This document shows, one piece after another, positions 18,872 to 30,212 of a stretch of 64,000 nt of DNA (the stretch's first letter is position 1; every line of letters begins with the position of its first letter). Origin of the DNA: Eledone cirrhosa (taxonomy: Eukaryota); the NCBI GenBank assembly GCA_964016885.1, contig OZ024745.1, positions 32,860,001 to 32,924,000 of the forward strand, read 5' to 3'. The position numbers and the translations under genes are program-made. Under the pieces are notes generated by a model. That model saw nothing but the letters and a program-made list of their open reading frames with translations, did not search any database and had not been told where the DNA came from.

Positions 18872-21682
18872 TCATTCATCAGCATTATCAAACTGGCCAC
18901 TGAATTTTCGGAAGCCAACAAAGTCATAATTGATATTGTCCTTGTGAATGTCAGAAGGCAAGAATATATGATCCCTGCTCAGCTGAGAAGTGGTGGTGGT
19001 CACTCTAGATTGTCTGTAGGAGGAGGAATTGTAGGTAGTAGTCACAGCAGATTGTCTGTAGCAAGAGTTGTAGGTGGTGGTGGTGGTGGTGGTGGTGGTG
19101 GTAGTGGTAGTGGTCGTTGTGTGGCTCCCTCCGGCAACTTTCTCTTCCTCCCAATTTTCTTCCCCTTCCTTGTCCTCCTCTCTGATCTCGTCTCCTTTTC
19201 CCCCCACCCCAGATCCAACAATAGCAGCAACACTTCTCTCTACACTTGTGCTCTGGTCACCATGGCAATGATCTGTGACAGAAGCAGCAGCTGTAGTAAC
19301 ATCATTGTCATCATGGAATTGTGAAAGGGAGGTATCATCTATTTCAGCTCCGTAGCGGTCCCTCTTGTTGCCATCTTCAACACTACCACGAAGGAGAGGG
19401 GTCAGCGTCATGCTCGAAGATTTCAAGGGATTGCAAATAACTCCACTGTATGATGCCACCTCTACCCTCTTATCTTTATCATCAACAACACCGTCGCCAT
19501 GATCATCATCATCAAAGTCCTCAAACTGGCCTGCCAGTGACTGAGTGCGGAAGCGATGACAGGTGGCAGCAGTGTGCTCTTGGTTTGTGTTGTCCAAGAT
19601 GGATGATGACACACTGTCACATTGCTCAAAAGGATTAGAGCCAATATCTAAGTAGGTAAGCCTCTCAAACCGCTCAAGAATCCTTGGTTCTTGCAGAAGG
19701 CAGTTGTTTCGAAGATCGAGGTAGATGAGCTGACGGGATAGGCTCCCAAATGACTCTGGCAGCTCCACCAAGTTGTTGTGGCAAACCTCCAAGTGCTCAA
19801 GAGCTGGCAGGTGTCCCAAGCGCTCAGGCAGGCAACCCAGAGAGTTTTTTGACAGTAGACACAGTTGCAAAGATTTCAGGCGGCAAAAAGAATCTGGCAG
19901 AGACTCGAGACGGTTGTCACAGAGATTCAACATCTTTAAGGCTTGCAAATCTCCAAAATTTTCAGGCAGGTCTTGCAATCGGTTTCCATCAATGCTGAGC
20001 AAGGTGACAGCATGGAGCCAACAGAAGGAGTTTGGCAGTGTTTTCAAAAGATTTCCAACATTCTGATTATCAACAAATGGATTCCTTCCCAAATTTAGAC
20101 AGGTCAATGACTGCAACCCTTCAAAAGCATCAGCTAAAATGTCTAGCCGGTTCTCTGACACATCCAACAGCCTCAACTGTGTAGCAGTTATGCCAAACTC
20201 CTCGAATTCTGGCCACTCAGTCAGCAGGTTCTCCCCAGCCTGGAATTCTCGAATCTCTGACATCTTTGCTATCCATGGTGGAAGCTTTTCAATAGAGTTC
20301 TTTTGGATGTACAACTGTTGTAGACACACTGAGGATTGAAATTGTGATGGTAGGCTTTGCAAACAATTGCTGGACACATCGACAGTCTGAAGGTTTTCTA
20401 GCACAGAAATGCTCGCTGGCAGAGATTTTAACTGGTTGTCATGGACCACAAGCATCCGCAAACTCTTCAATGATCCTATGTTTGCAGGAAGTTCTTTTAA
20501 GTTATTCTGCTCTGCCTGTAGCACTTTCAGGTGCTGAAGATAGCCGATAGACTGTGGGAGCATTGTGATCCGGTTTTCGCTGCATACAAATGCCTCTAAA
20601 TACAATAAGTTACCTATGTCTTCAGGCAGACAGCTCAAATGACAACCTACCAATTTCAAAACCCTCACACTGTTTCTTAGTATTATGTCTTCGAGTTTTC
20701 CCATAGAGGTCAACTGACGAAACAGGTTGAACTGCTGAACCCCTTCTATGTTCTCTACCAATCTCTCTGTATAAGGGGCTTCTCCACCAACATCAACACA
20801 GTTGGTGGTGGTGTTTGGGCAAGATGCACACTTTACTCCTCTGACATTATGACCATCACTCAATCCCTCATAAACTGTGTTGTCACCTAAAACATTGGCA
20901 GGTACTCCTTGATCTCTAACATTACCATTCACAAAGTTAACATTGCTTTTTGCAGGACGAAGTGGGCAAGGACCTGAATTTTTTAAACCAATGCTTGCAT
21001 TCTTCATGGTGCCCTCAGAAAGGTCCCAAATTTTCTTTTTGTTCTTCATGTTACCATTGCCATCAGCTATCAGGGGTGTGTTAGTAAGAGCTGCACCAGA
21101 CTCTGGGGCTTCAGCATCAACATTAACCTTGTTTATTTTACTCATAGAGTTTGAAGTTGTCATTTTCATAATAATATTGCTGTCAGCTATCAGAGGTCTC
21201 TTTGTAAGAGTTGTACTGGTCCCTGAAATATTGACATCAACCCCTTGTGATGAATTCATAGGGTCTGATGATGTTATATTCTTGGTGTCAGGGTATGATG
21301 GCCCAGACACATTATTTAAGGTATTCTTATCATCCAATATTAAAGTTTCACTTTCTAACACTCCAATATTATCCGTGGTATCTTTATGATTCAATGTTAA
21401 AATGTCAGTCCCTAACTCTTCAACATTATCCAAAGTTCCCTTATGATCAGATATTAAGGTTTCAGTCCCAAACACCTTAATATTATTTGAGGTATCTATA
21501 AGACAGTCGGAAGATGCCTCATTGCAGTTGGTGTTTTTATTCATGTGATCACAGTTCTTTGATGAAATCCCTTTAGTATTAGGAGATTTGGGTTTTGTTG
21601 CTGAGCATTTTTTCTTTTTTTTCTTAGTCTTGTGGTCTCGACTTGCAGATACTGTGGCTCCTACCAAGGGTTCCTCCATCAT
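18872..21682 (-). CDS. Leucine-rich repeat protein (936 aa): low-complexity N-terminus, central typical-class LRR array, acidic tail with PRMT5-binding-motif-like sequences; single coding exon
   Basis: Uninterrupted 2.8-kb ORF with roughly 14-15 LxxLxLxxNxLxxLP repeats (e.g. LKMLNLCDNRLESLPDSF). A canonical acceptor (polypyrimidine + CAG, plus 21693-21695) lies 10 nt upstream of the ATG. Confidence 0.92.
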   Translation of the reverse strand: MMEEPLVGATVSASRDHKTKKKKKKCSATKPKSPNTKGISSKNCDHMNKNTNCNEASSDCLIDTSNNIKVFGTETLISDHKGTLDNVEELGTDILTLNHKDTTDNIGVLESETLILDDKNTLNNVSGPSYPDTKNITSSDPMNSSQGVDVNISGTSTTLTKRPLIADSNIIMKMTTSNSMSKINKVNVDAEAPESGAALTNTPLIADGNGNMKNKKKIWDLSEGTMKNASIGLKNSGPCPLRPAKSNVNFVNGNVRDQGVPANVLGDNTVYEGLSDGHNVRGVKCASCPNTTTNCVDVGGEAPYTERLVENIEGVQQFNLFRQLTSMGKLEDIILRNSVRVLKLVGCHLSCLPEDIGNLLYLEAFVCSENRITMLPQSIGYLQHLKVLQAEQNNLKELPANIGSLKSLRMLVVHDNQLKSLPASISVLENLQTVDVSSNCLQSLPSQFQSSVCLQQLYIQKNSIEKLPPWIAKMSEIREFQAGENLLTEWPEFEEFGITATQLRLLDVSENRLDILADAFEGLQSLTCLNLGRNPFVDNQNVGNLLKTLPNSFCWLHAVTLLSIDGNRLQDLPENFGDLQALKMLNLCDNRLESLPDSFCRLKSLQLCLLSKNSLGCLPERLGHLPALEHLEVCHNNLVELPESFGSLSRQLIYLDLRNNCLLQEPRILERFERLTYLDIGSNPFEQCDSVSSSILDNTNQEHTAATCHRFRTQSLAGQFEDFDDDDHGDGVVDDKDKRVEVASYSGVICNPLKSSSMTLTPLLRGSVEDGNKRDRYGAEIDDTSLSQFHDDNDVTTAAASVTDHCHGDQSTSVERSVAAIVGSGVGGKGDEIREEDKEGEENWEEEKVAGGSHTTTTTTTTTTTTTTTTYNSCYRQSAVTTTYNSSSYRQSRVTTTTSQLSRDHIFLPSDIHKDNINYDFVGFRKFSGQFDNADE

Positions 21683-21741
21683 TTAGTCAAACCTGAATTT
21701 AGAAGAAAGAATAAAATAAGCTTAATTAATTTTACACTTTA

Positions 21742-22620
21742 TCTATATATATAAAACTGAGGATGTCTGTCTATGTGTGTGTGAGTTCGAATCCCTAAAA
21801 CTCGAAAACCACCCAACCGACTGTTTTCAAACTTTACACATATAATACTTATGGTTCAGGGAGTGTTCTGAGCAAAAAAAATTTCAAATTTTCTATGCCC
21901 CAGGGACCACATTAGGCGATTTAGTGATCTCGCTCTATAATTCTTAGTCTTTCTCTTTTTAGATAGATACATACTTATAACGCAGCGCCGTTATAATATC
22001 TGTCAGTATGGCTGACTGTCTGCATTACGTCACTTCCTTGAGGATGTGTGTGTGTGTGAGTTTGAATTCCTAAAACTCGAGAAGTACCCAACCGATTTTT
22101 TTCAAACTTTACATGTGTATTACTTATGTTTTGACTTTTTTATCTCCTAGGGCCCGCATTAGGTGAAAAACTGTGTTGTTTAACATTTTTAGGGGTTTTT
22201 TGAGGCGTTACGTCAGACCGATTTCCTTGAAATTGTAACTATGTATTAGTCAGTTTCTTCTTCATACCGTAAGCAAAGAAAATCCAACTTTCTTATGGCC
22301 TAGGACCCGCATTAGGTGAAAAACTTCATTTTTTCAGCTTCTTAGGGCTTTTTGGAGGCGCTATGTCTAGCCGATTTTCCTTAAATTTCAAGGCATATTA
22401 TGCACATGAAAAAAAATCATTTTCTTGATCCCCTAGGGCTCGTATTAGGTGAAAACCTGCATTTTTCCTGCTTCATCGAGGAAAATCTTAAAGATTATCC
22501 AGCCATCAGAGTATTCGGTTTATTTTGTTTACATATTGTCTAGGCATGCAGATTTTAGGTATAGTGGCGGCCCGCGTTCCAAAATACCTTATCCCGTGCA
22601 ACGCCGGGTACCACTGCTAG
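21742..22620 (+). mobile_element. Non-autonomous Helitron
   Basis: 5' TC(TA)nAAA start, subterminal hairpin CCCGTGCAACGCCGGG, 3' CTAG, inserted between A and T, no TSD; internal repeats of taggg...attaggtgaaaa. Confidence 0.85.
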
Positions 22621-22861
22621 TTTACAATATTTCTAATGAAAATCACAGACTATGATTTTCAAATAATTTTGAAGATAATCAAGAATTTTTGAGAAATTTA
22701 GCTAAATAACTTTCTTATTACTAAGATTGTGTTGGCAACATAATTCAACATATGTTTTTACATGAAATTATGATGGAATGTGTTTTAGATAAAGAGAAAC
22801 ACTTTAAAATATACTGATTTGTATTGTACAAGCAGAGATGGTTTCATGTGAAAAGGGTTAA
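22621..22861. mobile_element. Short non-autonomous element ending GGGTTAA (piggyBac-like MITE), homologous to 55423-55713
   Basis: Aligns by eye with the reverse complement of 55423-55713; terminus aaaagggttaa. Confidence 0.5.
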
Positions 22862-23574
22862 TACTTTCATTACCATTTTTCTAATGAAGGATATTGATCC
22901 TTAAATACTTTTTTAAATAATTCAGAATTTGTAGGAATTTATAAATATAATGAACTTTTTCATTAAACTGGGGTTTACAACATACATCAACAAATGGACA
23001 ATTTTGTATGAGGAGCAGTTTCAGATGGGTTGGTATCAAAAGGATTAAGCTAACGTTTGCAGAGATTCTGAATAGCCGCGAGATAAATAAAAACATTTTA
23101 AAACAAAGCGACTTGTACTGTACAACTAGTCTGTGATTTTAACAATTTTGAAATTAACCAAGAACTTGCCCCTATAGTATCGGAGCTGGTAGTTAGAATG
23201 TCTAACGAAAGAATCACTGGACAGATTTTACAGGCAAAACCAACCAGCAGGAGACCCAAGTGTAGGCCCCAAGCAAAATGGTTGGATACCATCCATGAGC
23301 TTAGCTAGTCTTACTTGGGGATCCAGCTAGATCAGTTGAAGATAGTTGCTTCTAACAGGACCCATTGGAAGGAGTGTTTGAGGACTCTGCCCCATGACCC
23401 TAATAATCTACTAGCAGTTTTGCATATTCTACATGTGTACAATGGTTGTGGGAGGACTAATGATTTAAAATAAAAATGAAACTTATTATTTAGACATTTA
23501 ATTATATTTCCTTTTTTTCTTTATGGAAAAATATTTAATTAACTGAGCAAAAATATTCAATTTTTCAATTATTT

Positions 23575-23832
23575 CAATGTGGTCATGTAGGTGTTATGAC
23601 AAAAAGCACCCAGCCTACACTGTAAAGTGGTCGTGTAGGTGTCATGATAAAAAGCATCCAGCACTCACTGTAAATGTAGTTGGTATTAGGATGAGCATCC
23701 AGCTGTAGAAACCAAGCCAGAAACAGTTCTGTATGAGTATGACATGGTCACCTGACCCGACTTGCTTCAAACGGAACAACCCATCTAACCCATGCTAGTG
23801 TGGAAAATGGACGTTAAACAATAATGATGATG
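23575..23832 (+). mobile_element. SINE 3' part with RTE-type tail
   Basis: aaaagcacccag...tgtaaagtgg repeats and aacccatgctagtgtggaaaatggacgttaaa + (gat)n. Confidence 0.7.
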
Positions 23833-24029
23833 CTTCATCTACTTTGTTCTTTGCAAAATACTTGCAATAGTTTCAATCTATTACATCATCATCAATATTT
23901 AAATATTTGTAGCACAGATTTTTGCTAGTTTGACTGCATGTTTGTTTTAAAGCATTGTTTTTGTCAAGTGTTTATACTTCAAAAATGGGCAAAAATCATC
24001 ACATTCTGACATTCAAAGAGTTCAAATAG

Positions 24030-26330
24030 TCTTATACAACACAAGTTATGTAGAGTATAAAATTTCTGTAAAAATGTCCATAATGCTATTAAATACTAAA
24101 CAACTGTCCATAATGCTATTAATAAATAGTAAATTTGTGGTTTGTAATCTGACAAAAAGAGAAGTGGACCACCTAGACCAACTAGAGATGATTGCATCAT
24201 CAAAAACAACACCTCACCTTCTACAAATTCATACCAAAATACTAGTTGCACTGCTTCAAGAGGTACAGATGTTAGCCGTAGGACTGTATCACACAAGCCA
24301 AGATTAACATTGAATATGAAAAAGAAGCACCTAATATATGCTGAAAAAATAAAGATGAACATTAGGCTGGAGGGGAATGGGGTCATGTTATGTTTTCTGA
24401 AGAATCAACACTGTAGTAGCTTACACAAACATCATGTCAAGAGGGCTCTTGGAAAAAAAAGATGAAAAATATGCCATACAGAAAATGAAACACCAACACA
24501 GTCTGTTGATTTCAAAGTCTAGAACCAGCAGTTTATATTTCTTTTGACTCTGGGACAAATATAAATGGTCAAAAGTACCTGAAACTGATGACAGACAAAC
24601 TGGAAATACACATGCATATACATGGAAGCAATATATTTATGCAATAGTGCTCGAATATAGGGTCCAAGGGGCGATTAAGGAAATGAAAAATGGTAAGGCT
24701 GGACCATCGGGGATAGTTACTGAGATGCTGAAGGCAACAGGGGACGTAGGCACTAAACTGGTTGCACGCATCATCTATCAGGCTATATATGGTGGTGTCA
24801 TACCCAAAGACTGGTGCAGCAGTATTCTCATAAATTGCTACAAAGGTAAAGGGGATGCTCTGGAGAGGAGCAATTACAGGGGTATAAAACTGATGGATCA
24901 GATTATGAAAGTGGCAGAAAGGATATTAGCACAACTAATTAGAGAAAGGGTCAAACTAGATGAGATGCAGTTTGGTTTTGTGCCTGGGAAAAGTACAACA
25001 GATGCCCTCTTCTTGGCGAGACAATTACAAAAGAGGTTCTTAGAGAAGAATAAACCACTATACTTAGCCTTTGTTGACCTAGCAAAGACCTTTGATAGGG
25101 TACCCCGATCTGTCATCTGGTGGTCCCTAAGGAAACTAAGTGTTGAGGAATGGCTTGTGAGGACAGTGCAAACTTTGTACAGAGGTGCTGTCAGTAAAGT
25201 CAGGGTAGGAATGGAGTTTAGTGAGGAATTCCAGATACAAGTAGGAGTACATCAAGGTTCGGTCCTCAGCCCACTCTTGTTCATTATAGTCCTCCAAGCT
25301 ATAACAGAGGAGTTTAAGACTGGCTGTCCATGGGAACTTCTCTATGCTGATGATCTGGTTCTTATAGCAGAATCAGTAGAGGAGTTAGAGAATAAATTCT
25401 GGCTATGGAAACAGCAGTTGGAAGCAAGAGGACTGAGAGTGAACCTAGCTAAGACAAAAGTGTTGAGTAGAAAAGAGGACAAAACTCTGATACCGTCAGG
25501 GCAGGGAAATGGCCATGTTCGATATGCAGAAAAGGAACTGGCATAAATTCTATAAAATGCACACAAGAGATATAGTGGGATAGCAGGCAAACTAACAGGT
25601 AGGGAGAAATATGTATGCAGTAGATGTACAGGGAAAATAGACAGGTCGCATTGATAGACATATTTTTCAAATGCAGGTGGGTGCTATAGAAGTGGTGGAT
25701 AGCTTCCGGTACCTAGGAGATCAGATTAGCATGGGAGGGGGGTTCCGAGGCCATAGTATCTAGAATAAGGACGGGTTGGTAGAAGTTTAGGGAACTGCTT
25801 CCTCTGCTTACGAAGAAGGGTTTCTCCCTGCATACGAAAGGCCGGTTATATGATGCCTGTGTGAGGAGCGCGATGCTGCATGGTAGTGAGACATGGGCAG
25901 CAACTGCAGAGGATATGCAATGTCAATGTGCGTGAACGACCCAGGATGGATGTGTTGAAAGAGAAACTTTGTCTGAGAGGGATAGAATGTAGTGTGCAAG
26001 AGAGGAGACAGGTGGTATGGACATGTGATGCGCATGGAGGATGAGCGATGGGTGAAGAAGTGCCAGGAAATGCCTGTTGAAGGAAGACGTTGTAGAGGTA
26101 GACCACGAAAAACATGGGCGGAGGTGGTGAGAACAGACCTCAGATCGCTGAAGCTCACGGTGGAGTTGACGAAGGACCGTGACAAGTGGAGAGATGCTGT
26201 GCTGAATAAGACCCGCCCCACCCTTGCAAGCAGGGAAAAGCGGACATTTGATGATGATGATGATGATGATGCTCCATGTTACAGAGCAAGATTTGCAAAA
26301 ATACCTACTTTCAGTCCAGGGGTTGGTAAC
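24030..26330 (+). mobile_element. Tc1-type DNA transposon relic, split by an RTE insertion
   Basis: W..VMFSEES and INGQKYLKLMTDKLEIHMHIHGSNIFMQ before 24645, resuming as DDAPCYRAR after ~26265 (FMQDxAPCH motif). Confidence 0.65.
24647..26267 (+). mobile_element. RTE-clade LINE, 5'-truncated, with (GAT)n tail; same family as 14597-17103
   Basis: 299-aa RT ORF with YADD, followed by a frameshifted C-terminal part and the tail. Confidence 0.95.
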
Positions 26331-26596
26331 ATGACCCTGAGCTGCTGTAGCTGCACAGGTCATAGAAGTGGAGCCTCTAAAAGACATAAGTACTTCAGCA
26401 GAGTATCATCCAGATGATGAAGATGACAAAGTGAAACACCTTTACCATCCGATGTCATATGGATTAAGCCCTTTTCAGCCATGTCTTGATACTTTTGACA
26501 GTTTTTCAAAAGATAAGTTAAATGTGGTTGAGAAATGGATAGACGCTGGTTAATTTACTCACCTAGCAAATTCTATGCTTTGTTCTGCTCGTTGCA

Positions 26597-26915
26597 ACAT
26601 CATGACCATTTAACATCCATTTTTCCATGCTAGCATGGGTTAGATGGGTTGGCTCATTGAGATAAGCCAGATCAGACGTCTTGCTCATACAGAACCGATT
26701 ATGGCTTGATTTCTACAACTGGATGCCATTCCTAACACTAACCATATTTACAGAATGGTCTGGGTGCTTTTTATCGTGACACCTACACAACCACCCTACA
26801 GTGTGGACAGGGTGCTTTTTGTCACGACACCTACACAACCACTTTACAATATGAGCTGGGTGCTTTTTGTTGCGACACCTACATGACCACTTTACAGGGT
26901 GGACTGGGCGCTTTT
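26597..26915 (-). mobile_element. SINE 3' part with RTE-type tail and internal tandem units
   Basis: ccatgctagcatgggttagatgggtt and repeated gggtgctttt...gacacctacacaaccac. Confidence 0.7.
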
Positions 26916-27469
26916 TAATTTTGCAAATTTGTCAGATAATTGAGCTTATCTATAAACTGGTCGCAAGGCTTTTGTTAAAGGTAGACACAAAATAGAAAAA
27001 TATGGAAAAAGTGAAACTCACAAAAAAACAAAGTAAGATCTTTTCTTTACCAAACTTTGTATGTTCAATGACAGAACTGTCTCAGCAGGTCTTATAACTG
27101 CAAAAAAGAAACAGATGCAGAAAATCAGAGTGACTAATCTTTATTACAAATGTGGTTCTCCATCGGTCATCACGGGTATCAAGGTTTAGGTTCCCCAAGT
27201 AAAAATAAAGGCTATCTTTTTTGCAACTTAAGATTTTTGCCAAAAATGATACATCACTGAATACATTACAAAATACAGCATATCTCATCACTGACATACA
27301 AAATGATCTGATACAGTTCTCTCTCTCTCAGTGTTTCATGAGAAAAATAGTTTTGGTTTACAAACATTTCAGGTGACAAATGGTTTTCAGGAACATATTA
27401 AGTTTGTGAACCAAGGTTCCATTGTATGGAATATAAGAGTGTACTGTAAAACATTTTTTGTATTGTTTG

Positions 27470-28230
27470 ATTTTAAATATGAAATAACAATTATGTACTT
27501 CATCTTGGCTAAGTTTACTTTTAGGCCTTTCAAATCTAGGTTCTTCTTCCATACTTGAAATTTTACCTCTGACTCTCTTATAGATTCAGCTATGAGGACT
27601 AGGTCATCAGTATATAAGAACTCCCATGGAGTGCCAGTTTTAAACTCTTCAGTGATGGCCTGAAAGACAATGATAAACAGGAGTGGACTAAGCCCTGGTG
27701 AATCCCCACCTGCACATCAAATAATTGTTTCTACTTTTGGCACAAGGCCAGCAATTATCCCAGTGTATTACTTCTACTTTATTTTATCGACCCCGTAAGG
27801 ATGAAAGGCAAAGTTAACCTGGGCGGGATTTGAACCCATAACGTAAAGGGCCATAACTCTATGCTGTAAAGCATGGCGTCTGACGCTCTACCGATTCTGC
27901 CAATTCACTGCACATCAAATAATTGTTTCTACTATTGGCACAAGGCCAGCAATTACTCAGTACATTACTGGTACTTTATTTTATCGACCCCGTGAGGATG
28001 AAAGGCAAAGTTAACCTCAGCGGGATTTGAACTCAGATCAAATAATGGTAGTCATTTCCAACTCTCATTCTGCTGGTTGCTCCTCTATACATGGCCTGCA
28101 CAACCCTCACAAGCCTTTCATCTGCACCTAGCTTCCTAAGTGCCCACCAGGTTATAGAGAATGGAACCCTGTCAAAGGCCTTCTCCAGATCTACAAATGA
28201 CACAGTGGCTTACTTTTAGCTAAGTACTTC
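27470..28230 (-). mobile_element. RTE RT fragment interrupted by two family-A SINEs (~27722-27905, ~27920-28038)
   Basis: Minus strand [38 protein letters not shown] around the SINE copies. Confidence 0.8.
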
Positions 28231-29184
28231 TATAGTTGTTTCACCAGAAAGAGGGGGGGGGGCTGTTTTCCAGTGGATTTTATAAAATTTTGTTGAATGG
28301 CAAAATGGCAAGAGACATCACTTCTATTTTCAGCTTAAGCCTGTAGGCCAGAAAAAGAAAATTGGTCAGGGGTATACAGGAAGATCTCCTGTATCAGGAG
28401 GACTGTATATCATCATGTATACTTTATTTTATTTTTTCTCATACAATTTTTATGTAAACCCTCACACTTTATGTAACCTGCCTTTGTCATTCGACACTCT
28501 TGCGTCTTGCCTTTTATCCTTACGGGGTCGATAAAATAAAGTACCAGTAATACACTGAGTATTTGCTGGCCTTGTGCCAAAAGTAGAAACAATTATTCGT
28601 AACACATCAGACAAAATACGTTGCAGTGTTTATTCCAGTTCTTTAAATTCTGAGTTTAAATCAAACCTAAGTCAACTTTGCCTTTCATCCTTCCAGTTAT
28701 GTACTAGAGAGCCTTCCTCAAAACATTGTTGGCCTTCTGCTTAAATTAGAAATCATTATTATTACCATTATTTCTTTGTTTAACTACTGCTATTTCATTA
28801 GTTATTTCTGTAACTCATGGCTTTATAAATAATGCATATTTTAAAATGAAATATTGCAGATACCTTTTTTGATGTGTAAATTACGATTGTATTGATAAAA
28901 TTAAAAAAGAATTCTTCCACAAATCATAGGATAAATTTATATTAACATGAGATTAAAAGCTATAAAATCTGATATTATCCTGATTGATAATATTAACATG
29001 AGATAAAAAGATATGATGAACAACATTTCCCAATTTGTTTAGCCTACTATAAACGCTCATTGAAACATAATTTAATATAAAAGTGGAAACATACACACAA
29101 ATAATATATACAATATTTAACTACATAAATATTTCAAATAAAAATATAGAATCAAAACGAAAGAAAATATTAATTGAACACTAA

Positions 29185-29280
29185 TTGTGTCAATCGGTCA
29201 CACACAAGAGGTGCCGGAGCCTCCCTCCAATACTTTTTCAGGCAAGCCAACACGCTCGCAGCATTACCGCGGCTCTGTTC
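29185..29280 (-). mobile_element. CRE-like retroelement extreme 3' end
   Basis: Shares caatcggtcaca...ccaacacgctcgcagcattaccg with the copies at 30.9 and 32.2 kb (encodes RGNAASVL). Confidence 0.6.
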
Positions 29281-29710
29281 GGGAAATGAATGCATTAACG
29301 AATAGAACTATATACAATAATGAATTAATTTTTATTCACATATTCGTAATCTACATCGTTGAAAATGTATCTGCAAAAGATATGCAGTATTAAGAAAGTT
29401 ATGAGGAAACAAATTCGACGAGGGGCACTACTGTAGTTACTCTAACAGTAATCGTAACGAATCCTATCCCTAAACCTAACCAACTCTATCCCTAATGCTA
29501 ATTGTAAAGATTCCTAACTATCTATAACCATTTCCCTAGCAGCAACGAACCCTAACTCTAAAATTAACCCAAACACTATCCCTAATGTATATATAAGAAG
29601 TGAAACTGAGGAGATATTTTCATTTTCTTATTTCGAGCTCTAATGTCAATAATTCACAAATATGAATGTAGAGAAATAGACAGACAGAGGTACTATGGTG
29701 GTGTTCATAC

Positions 29711-29880
29711 CTTTCTCAAAAGAAGTGTCCAGGGATAGAGGTGCGATATGAGACGGGTAAAGTGTAAGAGTTGTAAACAGAAACACGCGGATGTAGTGCC
29801 GCAAGCGGAAATATAAATTTAAATAGAATTATGGGTAATATGGTACATATGGGGGAGGGGACGGAACGCGCGCGAGAATT
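29711..29880 (-). promoter_or_regulatory. Candidate promoter / non-coding first exon of the LRR gene
   Basis: Minus-strand donor AAG|GTATGA (GT at plus 29709-29710) and a local CpG-rich patch with gcggaa and cgcgcgcg. Inferred only. Confidence 0.35.
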
Positions 29881-30010
29881 TGTTTATGCAAAAAATGTTT
29901 TCTTTTGAAACCTCGTGTGAGTAAATTCCTTATGAGTAGATTTTGTTAGACGGAAACTACACAGGCCCGTCGTATATGTGTATATACCTATATATATATA
30001 TATATATATA

Positions 30011-30212
30011 TAGGTAATTTACTATTTTACGTTCGTAAACTAAACGAATCCCGAATGTCAATAAAAAAATAAACTTTATTAAAATTAATACAAATTACCT
30101 ACTTTTGCAGCATTTTCAATTGTTATCAGTAATTTGTATTAATTTTAATGAAGTTTTTTTTTTTATTGACATTCGGGAATCGTTTAGTTTACGAACGTAA
30201 AATAGTAAATTA

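Noticed and set aside
18944-21480. Plus-strand ORFs overlapping the LRR gene
   Set aside because: Antisense shadows of the real CDS with no independent motifs.
29455-29590. Telomere-like ccctaa/cctaac repeats
   Set aside because: Short, highly degenerate and interstitial; more likely a TE-internal simple repeat.
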